This document shows, piece after piece, positions 39,891 to 50,661 of a stretch of DNA of 64,000 bases. The first letter of the stretch is position 1. Every line of letters begins with the position of its first letter. The notes beneath the pieces are model-generated. The model worked only from the letters and a program-made list of their open reading frames with translations. It was not told the origin of the DNA and made no database searches. The stretch is taken from contig CAYRZH010000003.1 of the NCBI GenBank assembly GCA_964428845.1, positions 25,884 to 89,883 on the forward strand, read 5' to 3'. The DNA is from an uncultured Candidatus Saccharibacteria bacterium (GTDB taxonomy: Bacteria; Patescibacteriota; Minisyncoccia; Phycocordibacterales; DATGWK01). The translations under genes and the position numbers were made by a program.

Positions 39891-41438
39891 CTATTTTGCG
39901 TTGACTCTATGTTTTGGAGTAATCCAGAACCCCATATACCTTCCAAACATCAGTCTGGTTTGTGCCTCAAGTCCGGGTATAGAACCAAAAAGGGTGATGG
40001 TGATCGGCACCAAGATCCACTGGATAATCATAAGCGGTCTCGTATAGATTTTTTTGTGTTTAGGAATTTTTGGAAGAAAACTCATTGATATTATGGCCGA
40101 AAAAATGAGACCGCTCATGGCAAGAAGCATCAGATCTCTTGTCATCACTGGTAGATTGTACGAGAGTATCGTGGCGTTGAAAGCCGCACCACCAAGCCAG
40201 AGTGGGGCCCACCCAAGTAAAAAAATAATTATGGGATTTGTGGAAAGAGACCAAAAACCCTCGATTTGCACGAAGATCACCTTGATCTTCTTCCACAGCT
40301 TTATTTTTTTATTTTTTACAGCGCAAAAAATTATATATGGAACGTTCTCTACTCCCCAACCCCAGCGACGCTGCTGCTTGTATATATTTTTCATAGTTTG
40401 CCAAAAGGTTGGGGCCAGATTGGCATCCATTGAAACCGGATACGAAAGCGGAGTCACGGCATAGTCACCATTGTAGGCGATAAAGGCGTTCCAGAATATT
40501 CTGGAATCTTCCGAAACCATATTTTTCTGCCAATATCCGATCTCGTAGAGAGTCTGAAAACTGACTGAATGTGATGAAAAGGTTGCAAGCTTTTCTGGTC
40601 TTTCTTGCTGGATCATCTGCCAGAAAGTACCCGATGTAGCGACGACCCGCGAAAGTGCTGGGGCATCCCAAATGTTGTTGTTGTAAAGCGGAACAGGTTG
40701 AAAAGATGTGCGGAATGGTCTATCGGAAGTAAGAAAGTTCCACGTCACACAGGAGAAATAATCTTTGTAGACAACCGTGTCTACGTCGAAAGCAGAGACG
40801 ACAACATTCTCATAAGGTATTGTTTTGACGTTAAGAATTTTCTTACGGGCCTCTTCGATTGCATGAGTGATATTTGAACCCTTACCGTTCATTTCTCCGG
40901 GAATCCCAGACGGGTGAGAAGTTATAAGAAACGCCCCAAAACTTTCGTTGAACTGACGACTCATTTCCTCTGCCACACGACGAGCAGGCTCCCCCACCCG
41001 TGCTTCGGCGGCGAGAACCACCAAAATCCTCTTCTTGTCGTAGTTTGATGCAATGAGAGACTCGATGCATTTGGATATTACTTTACTATCTTCATTAAAA
41101 AATGGCAGAAGGACTAAATGGTAGATGTGTTCGTATTTTAGGTTTGAGAGCATTTTTGACCAATCGACAGACTGATTGTGCCTCATGCGGCGCCAGTTTT
41201 GGCGTAGGTAGATTGAAAAGTAGAGAGTCTTGAGAAGCCAATAGAAATCAAAAATGATGATAAAAATGGCAGCATAAAAAGGACTAAAATATGAAATAGC
41301 CAGACAGCCGATAATCGTGCCCCAGGCAAGAAAGCCAGGCACAATCTCCAGTAAACGATAAAAAACCCTGTCTTTCCCAGTGAGTTCGCTGGCTCGGCCT
41401 ATATGTGGCGGCTTCTTGTATCCAAGCTCTCGCGGCAT
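39891..41438 (-). CDS. Processive family-2 glycosyltransferase, integral membrane (cellulose/chitin/hyaluronan-synthase-like)
   Basis: Multiple TM segments at both ends. A cytoplasmic GT-A domain with DxD-like motifs and a QQRRWGWG (QxxRW) processivity motif. Confidence 0.7.
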   Translation of the reverse strand: MPRELGYKKPPHIGRASELTGKDRVFYRLLEIVPGFLAWGTIIGCLAISYFSPFYAAIFIIIFDFYWLLKTLYFSIYLRQNWRRMRHNQSVDWSKMLSNLKYEHIYHLVLLPFFNEDSKVISKCIESLIASNYDKKRILVVLAAEARVGEPARRVAEEMSRQFNESFGAFLITSHPSGIPGEMNGKGSNITHAIEEARKKILNVKTIPYENVVVSAFDVDTVVYKDYFSCVTWNFLTSDRPFRTSFQPVPLYNNNIWDAPALSRVVATSGTFWQMIQQERPEKLATFSSHSVSFQTLYEIGYWQKNMVSEDSRIFWNAFIAYNGDYAVTPLSYPVSMDANLAPTFWQTMKNIYKQQRRWGWGVENVPYIIFCAVKNKKIKLWKKIKVIFVQIEGFWSLSTNPIIIFLLGWAPLWLGGAAFNATILSYNLPVMTRDLMLLAMSGLIFSAIISMSFLPKIPKHKKIYTRPLMIIQWILVPITITLFGSIPGLEAQTRLMFGRYMGFWITPKHRVNAK

Positions 41439-41493
41439 AAAGTATGAGGATAATACCCCGCAAGTAGAAGATTTACAACAAAAGAATCTGCTC

Positions 41494-41569
41494 TGGAGCC
41501 ACCTCCCGGGCTTGAACCGGGGACCTATAGTTTACAAAACTATTGCTCTACCAACTGAGCTAAGGTGGC
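41494..41569 (-). tRNA. tRNA-Thr (anticodon UGU)
   Basis: Reverse complement GCCACCT-TA-GCTCAGTTGGTAGAGC-A-ATAGT-TTTGTAA-ACTAT-AGGTC-CCCGGTTCAAGCCCGGG-AGGTGGC-T-CCA folds as a cloverleaf with 7-bp acceptor, D, anticodon and T arms. CCA is encoded. Confidence 0.85.
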
Positions 41570-41626
41570 ACACACGGCACACAAACAATAACTTATCACA
41601 ATTCCTCCCCAAACTGTAGGGAGGCG

Positions 41627-41995
41627 CTATCTTTTGTCATCCTTTGAACCGAGGTTGCGCATAAATGGCGACACATCTCCCCCATGATCTAGCGTTTGTT
41701 TACCCCTCATCTTGACTGACATTTGGCGGTACTTATCATGAGCCCTCTTTTTGAGTCTAGCAAAAAATAATTCTATGCGCTCTGGTAAATGGACCAGAAA
41801 GAAGAATATCGTTCTGTGTTTATTGTCATGAAAAGAATCTTCTGCGGCTACTTTTACCTTAAAGAGATGGGTATCTCCGCGAGCAAGGAATTTGCTTAGA
41901 AACATTTTTCGCTGCTTCTTCTGTTCCCAAACCTTGATCAAAACAAATACGATCGTCAAAAAAAGGGAAGCTAAAAAGATATTCAGTGTCGTCAT
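41627..41995 (-). CDS. Hypothetical small membrane protein
   Basis: N-terminal TM (IFLASLFLTIVFVLI) followed by a basic region. No recognisable family. Confidence 0.35.
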   Translation of the reverse strand: MTTLNIFLASLFLTIVFVLIKVWEQKKQRKMFLSKFLARGDTHLFKVKVAAEDSFHDNKHRTIFFFLVHLPERIELFFARLKKRAHDKYRQMSVKMRGKQTLDHGGDVSPFMRNLGSKDDKR

Positions 41996-42012
41996 ATAAG
42001 TTCGCGTCTAGA

Positions 42013-42603
42013 CTATGAGCGTGAAATTTCAAAACGAACAAATCTTCCGATTTCAATTTTTTCTCCAAACTTTTGTATAGCAGACTCAATAACCTGGGAA
42101 ACAGTAATTTCTCCATTTTTGAAAAATGGTTGGGAGGTAAAAATCTTCTCTCCGAAAAATGCATCTAGCTTACCATCCAAGATTTTCTGTTTAATATTTT
42201 CTGGTTTACCTTCCACATCTTTTACGAAGACTTCCATAGCTCTTTTCTTCTCTTCTTCGGTAATATCTTCTTTCCTCAAAAACTGGGGGTTGATGGCCGC
42301 CGCATGCATGGCGAGCTCTCGGGCAAGATTCTTGAATTCTTCGTTTTTAGCTACAAAATCTGTCTCGCAGAGGAGTTCGACCATAGAACCCACAGTACCG
42401 GCACCGTGAATATATGACTGGATTACGCCCGCCCCGAGCTTTCTGTCGGATTTCTTAGAGGCAATAGATTTGCTATTTTTCTCAAGAATAATGATAGCTT
42501 TGTCCATATCGCCCCCGGCTTCGATAAGAGCCTTACGACATTGCATTATCGAAATGCCAGTTTTGTCCCGTAGATTTTTTACACTTTCTGTTGTAATTTC
42601 CAT
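42013..42603 (-). CDS. tsf: Elongation factor Ts
   Basis: N-terminal UBA-like LRDKTGISIMQCRKALIEAGGDMDKAI. Downstream of rpsB. Confidence 0.9.
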   Translation of the reverse strand: MEITTESVKNLRDKTGISIMQCRKALIEAGGDMDKAIIILEKNSKSIASKKSDRKLGAGVIQSYIHGAGTVGSMVELLCETDFVAKNEEFKNLARELAMHAAAINPQFLRKEDITEEEKKRAMEVFVKDVEGKPENIKQKILDGKLDAFFGEKIFTSQPFFKNGEITVSQVIESAIQKFGEKIEIGRFVRFEISRS

Positions 42604-42617
42604 GCTTTTACTAATCT

Positions 42618-43334
42618 CTATTTCTTGCTTCCAATTCTCTTACCTTCATTATAAGCTTCTACAATTTTATTTACAAAAAGAGCGACACTTCTTTTGGATG
42701 AGTCATTTGCCGGGATTGGGAAATTGACCTCATTTAAATTGCAGTCCGACCCACATAGTCCGACGACTGGAATATTTTTATCTTGGGCTTCCTTCACAGC
42801 AATCTCTTCGTTCTTCGAGTCAATAACAAAAATGGCTTTTGGCAGTTCCTTCATGGGGACCAGACCTTCAAAAAATTGCTTAAGTCTTTCGATCTCTCTG
42901 TCGATAAGCAAACGTTCCTTTTTAGTATATTTAGAAAGTTCTCCTTTTTCTCGATCGGAGAGAAGCTGCTCGAGCTTCATTGTCCTTTTCCTGATTTCGG
43001 GAAAATTGGTAAGAGTACCACCGATCCATCGGCCGGCGACGTAGGGCATGCCGATTGATTCGGCACCTTTTTTTATAGCTTCCCTTGCCTCGTTCTTCCC
43101 ACCGACGAAAAGAATCTGGCTATTCCTCTCCCCTAGTTCTTTTATAAAACCCTCTGCAACTTTCAATAGTTCATTTGTCTTTTCTAGATCGAATATCTCA
43201 ATCTTATTCTTAACACCAAAAATATACGGTCTTGCTGAAGGATGACGTCTAGACTTGGTATAGCCAAAATGAGCGCCTACATCAAAGAGGTGCTCAATAG
43301 CTTTCTTGGTGTCGTTCTTCTTTGTTAGTTCCAT
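42618..43334 (-). CDS. rpsB: 30S ribosomal protein S2
   Basis: HFGYTKSRRHPSARPYIFG and IFVIDSKNEEIAVKEA blocks. Confidence 0.9.
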   Translation of the reverse strand: MELTKKNDTKKAIEHLFDVGAHFGYTKSRRHPSARPYIFGVKNKIEIFDLEKTNELLKVAEGFIKELGERNSQILFVGGKNEAREAIKKGAESIGMPYVAGRWIGGTLTNFPEIRKRTMKLEQLLSDREKGELSKYTKKERLLIDREIERLKQFFEGLVPMKELPKAIFVIDSKNEEIAVKEAQDKNIPVVGLCGSDCNLNEVNFPIPANDSSKRSVALFVNKIVEAYNEGKRIGSKK

Positions 43335-43386
43335 ATTAAATTACTTCGAGAGTCTAGCAAATTGGGACCTGGATTGCAAATAAGCC

Positions 43387-44340
43387 TTATTTACCAGGTT
43401 TTATGTCTCGAAAAGTTTCTATTATCGGGTCAAGATCACCTAAAAAGATTCTGGTAATGTTATGCCAAGATTCCTTTGCTCGGTGGTCGGTTATGCGGTC
43501 TTGGAGGATATTGTACGTGCGAATTTTCTCCGAACGATCGGCCGTACCCACGAGATCTCTTCTCTCTGCCGAGTTTTTCCTCGCTTCATTTTCCTCGTGG
43601 ATCACATCCAACTTGGCTTGTAGAATCTGCATGGCTTTCTGACGGTTGCTCCCTTGGCTTCTCTCTGAAGTTGAACGGACATCGATGCCAGTCGGCTTAT
43701 GAATGAGACGAACGGCCGATTCGACTTTATTGACGTTCTGCCCGCCCTTACCTCCAGCTCGAGAAAACTCCACTTCCAGATCGGCTGGATTTATCTCAAA
43801 CTTTACTTTTTTTCGAATAGGTAAAACTGCCACAGAAGCGGTAGAGGTATGTACTCGACCCATCTTCTCTGTAGCTGGTACACGCTGGACTCTATGTACT
43901 CCGGACTCAAAACGGAGGTCTTTGTATACATCTTTTCCTTTTACCTCAAATACTACTTCTTTGTAACCTCCAAGCTCGGATCGGGATTCACTAAGAAGTC
44001 TCGTTCCCCACCCACGCTTGGCAGCATATTTCTGGTACATAAGAGCAAGCTCTTCGGCAAAAAGTGCGGCCTCGTCACCGCCGGCTCCAGCTCTCACTTC
44101 GATTATAATTTCATTGGGAAATTCTTCTGTTCCTTCCTCGAGAGCGAGAATTTCCTCCATCTGTTTCAGAATAGTTTCCCTCTGAAGTTTCAAGTTGGAC
44201 AACTCTTCGGTAGCGAGATCAGACAAAGTCTTATCAAGAGAAGAGAGGGATAGGATTTCAGCCTCCTCTTTTTCAAGCTTTTTATAGAGATCCGCAAGGT
44301 ATGCGGTTTTCTCGTTTTGTCTGAATTTTTCTAAATCCAT
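43387..44340 (-). CDS. prfA: Peptide chain release factor 1
   Basis: GGQ motif ([13 protein letters not shown]) and a PAT tripeptide (RVPATE) diagnostic of RF1 rather than RF2. Confidence 0.85.
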   Translation of the reverse strand: MDLEKFRQNEKTAYLADLYKKLEKEEAEILSLSSLDKTLSDLATEELSNLKLQRETILKQMEEILALEEGTEEFPNEIIIEVRAGAGGDEAALFAEELALMYQKYAAKRGWGTRLLSESRSELGGYKEVVFEVKGKDVYKDLRFESGVHRVQRVPATEKMGRVHTSTASVAVLPIRKKVKFEINPADLEVEFSRAGGKGGQNVNKVESAVRLIHKPTGIDVRSTSERSQGSNRQKAMQILQAKLDVIHEENEARKNSAERRDLVGTADRSEKIRTYNILQDRITDHRAKESWHNITRIFLGDLDPIIETFRDIKPGK

Positions 44341-44349
44341 TAGGTCTAT

Positions 44350-44613
44350 CTAAGACTTTTTTACAGCCTTACTTTTGACTTCACTAGATTTGGCACGTCT
44401 GTTTTTGAACCTTTCAACTCGTCCGGCCGTATCCAATACTTTTTCTGCCCCAGTGTAGAGTGGATGGCAGTTGCTGCAGATTTCCACCTTTAAACTCTCT
44501 TTGGTCGAACCGGTGGTAAATTTGTTACCACAGGCGCAAACCACAGAGGCTTCGGGGAAATATTTAGGATGTATATCCTTTTTCATGGCGGTACTATACC
44601 AATGGTGACTCAA
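44350..44613 (-). CDS. rpmE: 50S ribosomal protein L31
   Basis: MKKDIHPKY...CxCG...CSNCHP zinc-ribbon form of L31. Confidence 0.85.
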   Translation of the reverse strand: MSHHWYSTAMKKDIHPKYFPEASVVCACGNKFTTGSTKESLKVEICSNCHPLYTGAEKVLDTAGRVERFKNRRAKSSEVKSKAVKKS

Positions 44614-44651
44614 TTTTGCAAGAAAAAGTGGCGGCTGGGAGGTTTTGTAAT

Positions 44652-46037
44652 CTAGAGATTCTGAAGTGGATCAATCATATTTTCCTGTATATTTTTTGCT
44701 TTAGCCATCACCTCATTGCCGTAAAAAGCATTCTTGGAGCTGCTCCAGGCACCACCGGCATAATACTTGAGGGCAGCGGTACGTTCAGCAGTGTATGTAT
44801 TGGCACCCGCCCCGAGGTCTTTCAAATATAGACCTGATGCCATAAAAGCATCCTGTGGTTCCCAAGGGCTGACCAATCTTTTGCCAAGAGCGCTAGCGAT
44901 ACTGCTTTTCTTTGATTCCCAGGTTGTCGGTATAAATTGGGATGGCCCCATTGCCCCTCCCCATCCTCCTTGCCACGGACAAGATAGTGGCATCGAATCC
45001 GGATCAAGCCCCAACTCACTCGTGATACGCAAATACGCGGCTTGGTCGTTTCTCTTCGACTTCTTGCTCGCGATAGCTTCTGGACCCGGCATTATTGCTT
45101 TCCAGAGTTTCGAAGGAGGATCGCCAGGGCGATTACATGTTCCTATGTTTTCCCCTAGATTTGATTCTTGAGTAAGGATAGCGAGGAGAAAGGCCGGTCT
45201 GACCCCGGTTTTTTGAGAGACAGCGATAGCATAATTTAGAGCCGTCCCAAAAGGAATAGCAGCTGTGTCTCGGAGAGCAAAGAGAGCGGAACGGATTTCG
45301 GCAGCTTTCTTTTGTCGATCTTTCAAGACCTGTTCATAAGTTTTTTCCTGGGTTTTGCTGATTCTTAAGAGCTCTTTCTTTTCGGCTTCATTTTTTTCAA
45401 CTTTTCTTTTTTCAGCTTCTACCACCTGCTTTATATCTGTCTCCTGGTTTTTCTTCTTCTCTAGCCCGATTTTTTCTGTTTCGGTGGTCTCTTTGGTAGT
45501 GCGAATTTCCTCAAAAAGCTCGTTTAAAGAACGCTTGATCGAAGAGAAAGAATCAACATCTTCAAAAAACTCGGAAATGTTTTGGTTGGAAAGCATGACC
45601 TCCGCCAGAGAAAACGAATCTATTTCGTTGCTTTTCCTGATGAGTTGGGCCAAGGACTCCTTGCTACGTTCGAGTTTGGCATTAAGGGTTTCGATAGTTT
45701 TCGTCTTTACTCCGATATCTTTGCCCAACCTTTCAATCGCGATGTTTCTTGCCCGGATTACTAGTTTAGCCTCCTCGATTTTCGCGTTTAAAATGGCCGC
45801 ATCACGTTCTATCGAAGCAGTTTCTTTCTGTTTATTTGTGAGGATCGTCCTCCATTGTTCGATCTGTTTTTCTGTAACTTCGAGTTCGGCTCGGAGGCGG
45901 GCTTCACGTTCGGCGATTGATTCATTGATACTCTGGGCTAGAGCAGTTGGTAAATATGAAAAAGACTGACCAGATAAAAAGAAAATAAAAATGGCAATAA
46001 AAAAGAAATATGAAAACCGCTGGATTTCGTTTTTCAT
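44652..46037 (-). CDS. Secreted coiled-coil protein with a C-terminal lytic-transglycosylase-like (SLT/muramidase) domain
   Basis: Signal/TM N-terminus. A long heptad-rich segment. C-terminal [10 protein letters not shown] (catalytic Glu-Ser context) and [13 protein letters not shown]. Confidence 0.5.
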   Translation of the reverse strand: MKNEIQRFSYFFFIAIFIFFLSGQSFSYLPTALAQSINESIAEREARLRAELEVTEKQIEQWRTILTNKQKETASIERDAAILNAKIEEAKLVIRARNIAIERLGKDIGVKTKTIETLNAKLERSKESLAQLIRKSNEIDSFSLAEVMLSNQNISEFFEDVDSFSSIKRSLNELFEEIRTTKETTETEKIGLEKKKNQETDIKQVVEAEKRKVEKNEAEKKELLRISKTQEKTYEQVLKDRQKKAAEIRSALFALRDTAAIPFGTALNYAIAVSQKTGVRPAFLLAILTQESNLGENIGTCNRPGDPPSKLWKAIMPGPEAIASKKSKRNDQAAYLRITSELGLDPDSMPLSCPWQGGWGGAMGPSQFIPTTWESKKSSIASALGKRLVSPWEPQDAFMASGLYLKDLGAGANTYTAERTAALKYYAGGAWSSSKNAFYGNEVMAKAKNIQENMIDPLQNL

Positions 46038-46090
46038 GACAATTTAACTATAACACACAGACGAGAGCGTCTTTTGAAGCTTACAAATCT

Positions 46091-46786
46091 TTATTTTTTC
46101 TCGGCTTTTTCTGACTTTGGAGCAGGGGCCGGTTCACCAGCGGCTGGAGCTCCTTCTTCTTCTTTCTTACCCTTCTTCTCAACTTCTATTGCAGAAAGAT
46201 CCACAGGAGCAGCTACTTCCTCGATCACCTCTTCTTTGGCTTCTGTTACTAGAGCTACGACGTCGTTATGCCCTTGGCCAAGAACCACACCAGCCGGCAA
46301 TACTATATCTTTACCAAGAATCTGACTTTCAAAATTGACTAGAGAAGAAATATCTACTTTTAGTTCGTGAGGAAGATCCTTCGGCAATGCCTCTACTTCG
46401 ATATCGTGACGCACTTTTATTAGTACCCCACCTAGATCTTTCACCGCCGGTGACACACCAACGAATTCGACAGGAACTTTGATTTTAATCTTCTGGCCTT
46501 TTTCGAAGACATAAAAGTCGGCATGACGAGGAGTCTCGGTAACGGGATCTAGATCTACTTCATGGACCAGAGCTTCGAGCTCGTCTCCATCTTTCGTTTT
46601 AAGGGTAACGACAGATGATTCGCCAGCAGTTTCCCAGACTTTAACAAAATCAGCTAGTCTGACTGTAATAGGGGTGGATTTTTCTTTCCTGCCATAAAAA
46701 ACAGCTGGAATGAAGCCTTTTATCCTTAATTTCTCTAGATTGTCCTTGACCTCTCGTTTTTCAACATTAAGGGAAACCATCCGCAC
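46091..46786 (-). CDS. rplY: 50S ribosomal protein L25 / general stress protein Ctc form
   Basis: Canonical L25 N-terminus (RxxxGKxxxRxLRxxGxIPAVxYG pattern) plus an acidic/Lys-rich C-terminal tail. Confidence 0.8.
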   Translation of the reverse strand: MRMVSLNVEKREVKDNLEKLRIKGFIPAVFYGRKEKSTPITVRLADFVKVWETAGESSVVTLKTKDGDELEALVHEVDLDPVTETPRHADFYVFEKGQKIKIKVPVEFVGVSPAVKDLGGVLIKVRHDIEVEALPKDLPHELKVDISSLVNFESQILGKDIVLPAGVVLGQGHNDVVALVTEAKEEVIEEVAAPVDLSAIEVEKKGKKEEEGAPAAGEPAPAPKSEKAEKK

Positions 46787-46821
46787 ATTATATCTGTAGC
46801 TTTCAAAAAATCAAGATTTGA

Positions 46822-48546
46822 TCAAGATTTCGCAAGATGTGACTCCATGTACTCGATCGAGCCACCGACTTTTTTGCCAGGATTGAATATGTTCTGTGGA
46901 TCAAAAATCTTCTTCGTTTTTTCAAATAATGTATAAACCTCGGGACCATACATCTTCTTTATATACGGTGTACGAATGATTCCATCGTTGTGCTCGCCAG
47001 TGATAGAACCATGATACTCGGCAACCAAATCATAGATCTTGTCCGAAACTTCTCTGATAGCGGAGCGATTCTTTGGGTCTGCCATATTCATGAGAGGAAT
47101 AATATGAAAGTTGCCATTTCCAGCGTGACCAGCAATAGTATAGACAAGCTTGTAATCATCTAGAATTTTTCTCATCTTCGGCAGAAACTCCGGCATATGT
47201 TCCGGGCGCACTACTACATCATCCACAAAAGGCGCGGTCCGTGCTCCATGTATATGCTTACGCAAGAGACTGAAACTCTCTCGCCTGATAGCCCAATATT
47301 TTTCGGACTCGTTTGTCGAACGGGTCACCCGACTCACCAAACCAAAATGAGCAATTTTCTTCTTGAGAGCACTCATTTTTTTGTCTATTTCTTTTTCATC
47401 ATCACTCGAAAATTCAACCAGCAGAATAAGCTTTGGGATACCGCCAGAGAGCATCATGAAAACTTCTGGGATAAAACTAAAAATCATTTTGAAAAAATGC
47501 TTGGTCTTCATAGATCTCAACATGCCCGGGAGAAACTTTACCGCGAGCTTCATAGTGCTATCGTCATAAGACTCAAGACTTTCGGGTTTAAATTCGAGTA
47601 TCTCATTTACAATATCGCCGAGACGCTTTAGATCCTTCATAAAAATCACAAAAAGCTTTGATTTCTTTTTGACCGGAACTAGTTTTAGCTTTATGTCCGT
47701 AACGATACCTAGAGTCCCCTGCGAGCCGACGATGAGTTTTGTGAGGTCAAAAGTGGTACCATCCCAGACATTCCATAGGTAGTAGCCCGCCGAGTTTTTA
47801 GACACATTCGGTCTGGCACGGGTGATGAGTTCGCGGTTCGCCTCGATCAGATCGAAGATTTGTTTGTATATATTTCCCTCAAAATCACCCTGACCCATCT
47901 TTACGTCAAGTTCACTTCGGGTTAGAGGCTTTAGAGTGTATTCGTTTCCGTCGGTGAAAACCACCTTAAGTTTCTTTATATAGCTCTCCATTTTTCCATA
48001 CTGAAGTGTCTTTTCTCCCGCCGCATTATTTCCCACCATACCGCCGACGGCACACATGTTTTTCGAAGCAGTGTAGCAGGGCAAAATCACACCCTTTTTG
48101 AGTGTCTCAACCTCAAAATCTCGATAAAAAGTGCCAGGGAGGACTTCGGCCTCAGCTCCTGTCCCCCGCCCATCTTCAGCCAAAGAAATAGACTTGATGC
48201 CTGTAATATGTTTTGTAAAGTCCACAATGATCGACTCGTTCAAGGATCCGCCAGACATACACGAGCCAGCGGCACGAGCGGTGATAGAGAGCGTCGGGTC
48301 ACTCGCCTTGTGCTCGCCCACATAAGAAACAAGTTGTTTTATATCCTCCGCATCTTTAGGGAAAAGCACGAGCTTCGGGGAGACTTCAAAAAGACTGGCG
48401 TCGCGGCTGTATGCATCGAGAGTTTTTTTGTCGTCAAAAACTTCTCCCTTGAAAAATTTTTGAATATCTTCCTTGAGCGGCATCAGCAAAGTATTAAATA
48501 TTGTTAAATAGTTTGAGTTTTGCCTCAACGACTTTCTCGACAGCAA
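46822..48546 (-). CDS. FAD-linked oxidoreductase (GlcD/D-lactate dehydrogenase family)
   Basis: FAD-binding PCMH-type block (RAAGSCMSGGS, GTLGIVTDIKLKLVP) and a C-terminal FAD-oxidase domain. Confidence 0.7.
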   Translation of the reverse strand: MLSRKSLRQNSNYLTIFNTLLMPLKEDIQKFFKGEVFDDKKTLDAYSRDASLFEVSPKLVLFPKDAEDIKQLVSYVGEHKASDPTLSITARAAGSCMSGGSLNESIIVDFTKHITGIKSISLAEDGRGTGAEAEVLPGTFYRDFEVETLKKGVILPCYTASKNMCAVGGMVGNNAAGEKTLQYGKMESYIKKLKVVFTDGNEYTLKPLTRSELDVKMGQGDFEGNIYKQIFDLIEANRELITRARPNVSKNSAGYYLWNVWDGTTFDLTKLIVGSQGTLGIVTDIKLKLVPVKKKSKLFVIFMKDLKRLGDIVNEILEFKPESLESYDDSTMKLAVKFLPGMLRSMKTKHFFKMIFSFIPEVFMMLSGGIPKLILLVEFSSDDEKEIDKKMSALKKKIAHFGLVSRVTRSTNESEKYWAIRRESFSLLRKHIHGARTAPFVDDVVVRPEHMPEFLPKMRKILDDYKLVYTIAGHAGNGNFHIIPLMNMADPKNRSAIREVSDKIYDLVAEYHGSITGEHNDGIIRTPYIKKMYGPEVYTLFEKTKKIFDPQNIFNPGKKVGGSIEYMESHLAKS

Positions 48547-49372
48547 GCATGGCCGGTTTAAGAAGCTTGTATGGAGCTACTTCATCAGGATTTTCTTGAA
48601 GAAACTTTCGGAGAGCGTCTCTATAGGCGACGCGGATTTCGGTATTTATATGGACAACAGAAACGCCGGCGGCGATAGCAGCGCTAAAATCATCAGCAGA
48701 GTTACCCGAGCCACCGTGTAGCACTAAAGGAACGCCGGCGGCTTTTTTAATCTCCTCTACTCGCTCGATATTTAGCTTCGGGTCCACGCCACCGCGGAGC
48801 ATGCCGTGTATGTTACCGACCGCCGGGGCAAGAAGGTCCACGCCCGTCTCGGCAACAAATCTTGCCGCGTCCTGTGGATTTGTAAGTGACTCTGGCGAGA
48901 GCTCGACACCCTCTGGGATCTCGTCTAGAACTTTTGAAGATTGGCCGATGTAGCCAAGCTCTCCTTCGACGAGAACTTCCTGACCTGTTTTGCTCACCGC
49001 TTTCTTTGCATATTCCACACATTCTTTGGTCAGTTTTATATTTTCTTCAAGTGGCAGCTTGGCTCCGTCGAAAATCACAGAGTCGTAGCCAGCGTCGATC
49101 GCCTCTTTTACCTTTTCTACAGAATAAGTGTGGTCGGCATTGAGAAAAATCGGATAGTCGAACTCTTCTCGAAGACTTTTTACCAAAGCCGCAGTTTGTT
49201 TTACTCCTATAAAATCCCTCTCTCCTTCTGAAGTACCGATGATCACTGGCACGTTTAGCGCGCGAGCGGCATTGAAAATTCCCCACAACGCTTCAAGGTT
49301 CGAGATGTTGAAGTGGCCGATCGCCACCTTTTTTGCTGCCGCATCTCGTATGTATTCGCGAAGTGTTTTCAT
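48494..49372 (-). CDS. fba: Class II fructose/tagatose-bisphosphate aldolase
   Basis: HFNISNLEAL, VPVIIGTSEGE, LNADHT and HGGSG metal-binding blocks. Confidence 0.85.
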   Translation of the reverse strand: MKTLREYIRDAAAKKVAIGHFNISNLEALWGIFNAARALNVPVIIGTSEGERDFIGVKQTAALVKSLREEFDYPIFLNADHTYSVEKVKEAIDAGYDSVIFDGAKLPLEENIKLTKECVEYAKKAVSKTGQEVLVEGELGYIGQSSKVLDEIPEGVELSPESLTNPQDAARFVAETGVDLLAPAVGNIHGMLRGGVDPKLNIERVEEIKKAAGVPLVLHGGSGNSADDFSAAIAAGVSVVHINTEIRVAYRDALRKFLQENPDEVAPYKLLKPAMLAVEKVVEAKLKLFNNI

Positions 49373-49433
49373 GGGGATATTTTAACATAAAAATCCTGGC
49401 GATTGCCGACAACTGGTTGTGCTACAATTGTCT

Positions 49434-50445
49434 CATGGCAAAATTTGATTTTTTGGCTCTCGGAGATATCACCACCGACGCATTTATCCGGCTCAAGGAC
49501 GCCTCGGTCCACTGCAATCTAGATCGCGAAAAGTGCGAACTCTGCCTGCGATTTGCTGATAAAGTTCCTTATGAATTTGTTGAGATCATCCGTGCTGTGG
49601 GCAACAGTGCCAATGCGGCCGTAAGCGCCGCCCGCCTAGGTCTCAAATCCGCATTTATGACAAATCTCGGCGCGGATCAAAACGGTCGTGAATGCTTGGC
49701 AGAACTCAAAAAAAATGGAGTTTCGACAAAACTTGTCACCATCCACCGGAAAAAAGAAACAAATTATCACTATGTTTTATGGTTTGAAGATGAGCGAACG
49801 ATTTTAATAAAACACCAGCAGTATGAATACAAGTTTGTAGCGCCAGCGCGAGCACCAGGTTGGCTTTACTTGAGCTCACTTGCCGAAAATTCTCTCCCCT
49901 ATCATCTGGAGATAATTGAATACCTTAAGAAACATCCGGAAACAAAGCTGGCGTTTCAGCCTGGGACATTTCAGATGAGGCTTGGGCGAGAAAAACTTTC
50001 TGATTTATATAAGCTATCTCACGTTTTTATTTGCAACACAGACGAAGCAAAAAGGGTTTTGGAAATTTCGGAAGAGACAACGGGAAATGAGATCGATATT
50101 CCAGAGCTTCCTAAAAAAATACACGCGCTCGGGCCAAAAATTGCTGTGATCACCGACGGTCCAAAAGGGGCGTATGTCTTTGACGGGACAACTACTTGGT
50201 TTATGCCGCCGTATCCAGATCCGAAGCCACCGTACGAGCGCACTGGCGCAGGCGATGCTTTCGCGTCTACTTTTGTTTCTGCCCTAGCGCTCGGCAAAAG
50301 TATCGAGGAAGCACTTATGTGGGCACCGATAAACTCAATGTCAGTGGTGCAAGATATAGGGGCACAAAGAGGACTCTTGAAACGCGAGAAACTTGAGGAG
50401 TATTTAAAACAAGCGCCGGGGGATTATAAGCCGAGGAGGATTTAA
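49434..50445 (+). CDS. PfkB-family carbohydrate/nucleoside kinase (ribokinase-like). Start chosen at MAKFDFLALGD; the track's 49333 start overlaps fba.
   Basis: N-terminal GD..D glycine motif and a C-terminal TGAGDAF anion-hole motif. Confidence 0.75.
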
Positions 50446-50454
50446 ATATTTATC

Positions 50455-50492
50455 AAAAGAAAAAAGCCCCGCAACCACGCGAGGCCTCCATG
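50455..50492 (-). terminator. Repeat A: terminator-like 38-mer (aaaagaaaaaagccccgcaaccacgcgaggcctccatg), repeated at 51897-51935
   Basis: Minus-strand reading gives an imperfect GC stem followed by T6. A second, 37-bp copy lies at 51897-51935, with a 1-nt indel and a few substitutions. Confidence 0.5.
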
Positions 50493-50585
50493 TTTACGTC
50501 TGGAATACGTTGCGACAATTTGCCGCGAGCAAAGGTCTAAAGTCAAAGGGTTCTACTGCCGATATAGGTATAACTGGTTTTATAT

Positions 50586-50625
50586 AAAAAATTCAGCCCT
50601 GCTCCGACGGATCGGAACAGGGCTA
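50586..50625 (-). terminator. Rho-independent terminator of island gene 3
   Basis: agccctg...cagggct stem and T-run on the minus strand. Confidence 0.65.
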
Positions 50626-50661
50626 AGGGCTAAGGCCAAAGGGACTGAAGTCCCGAGGGTC

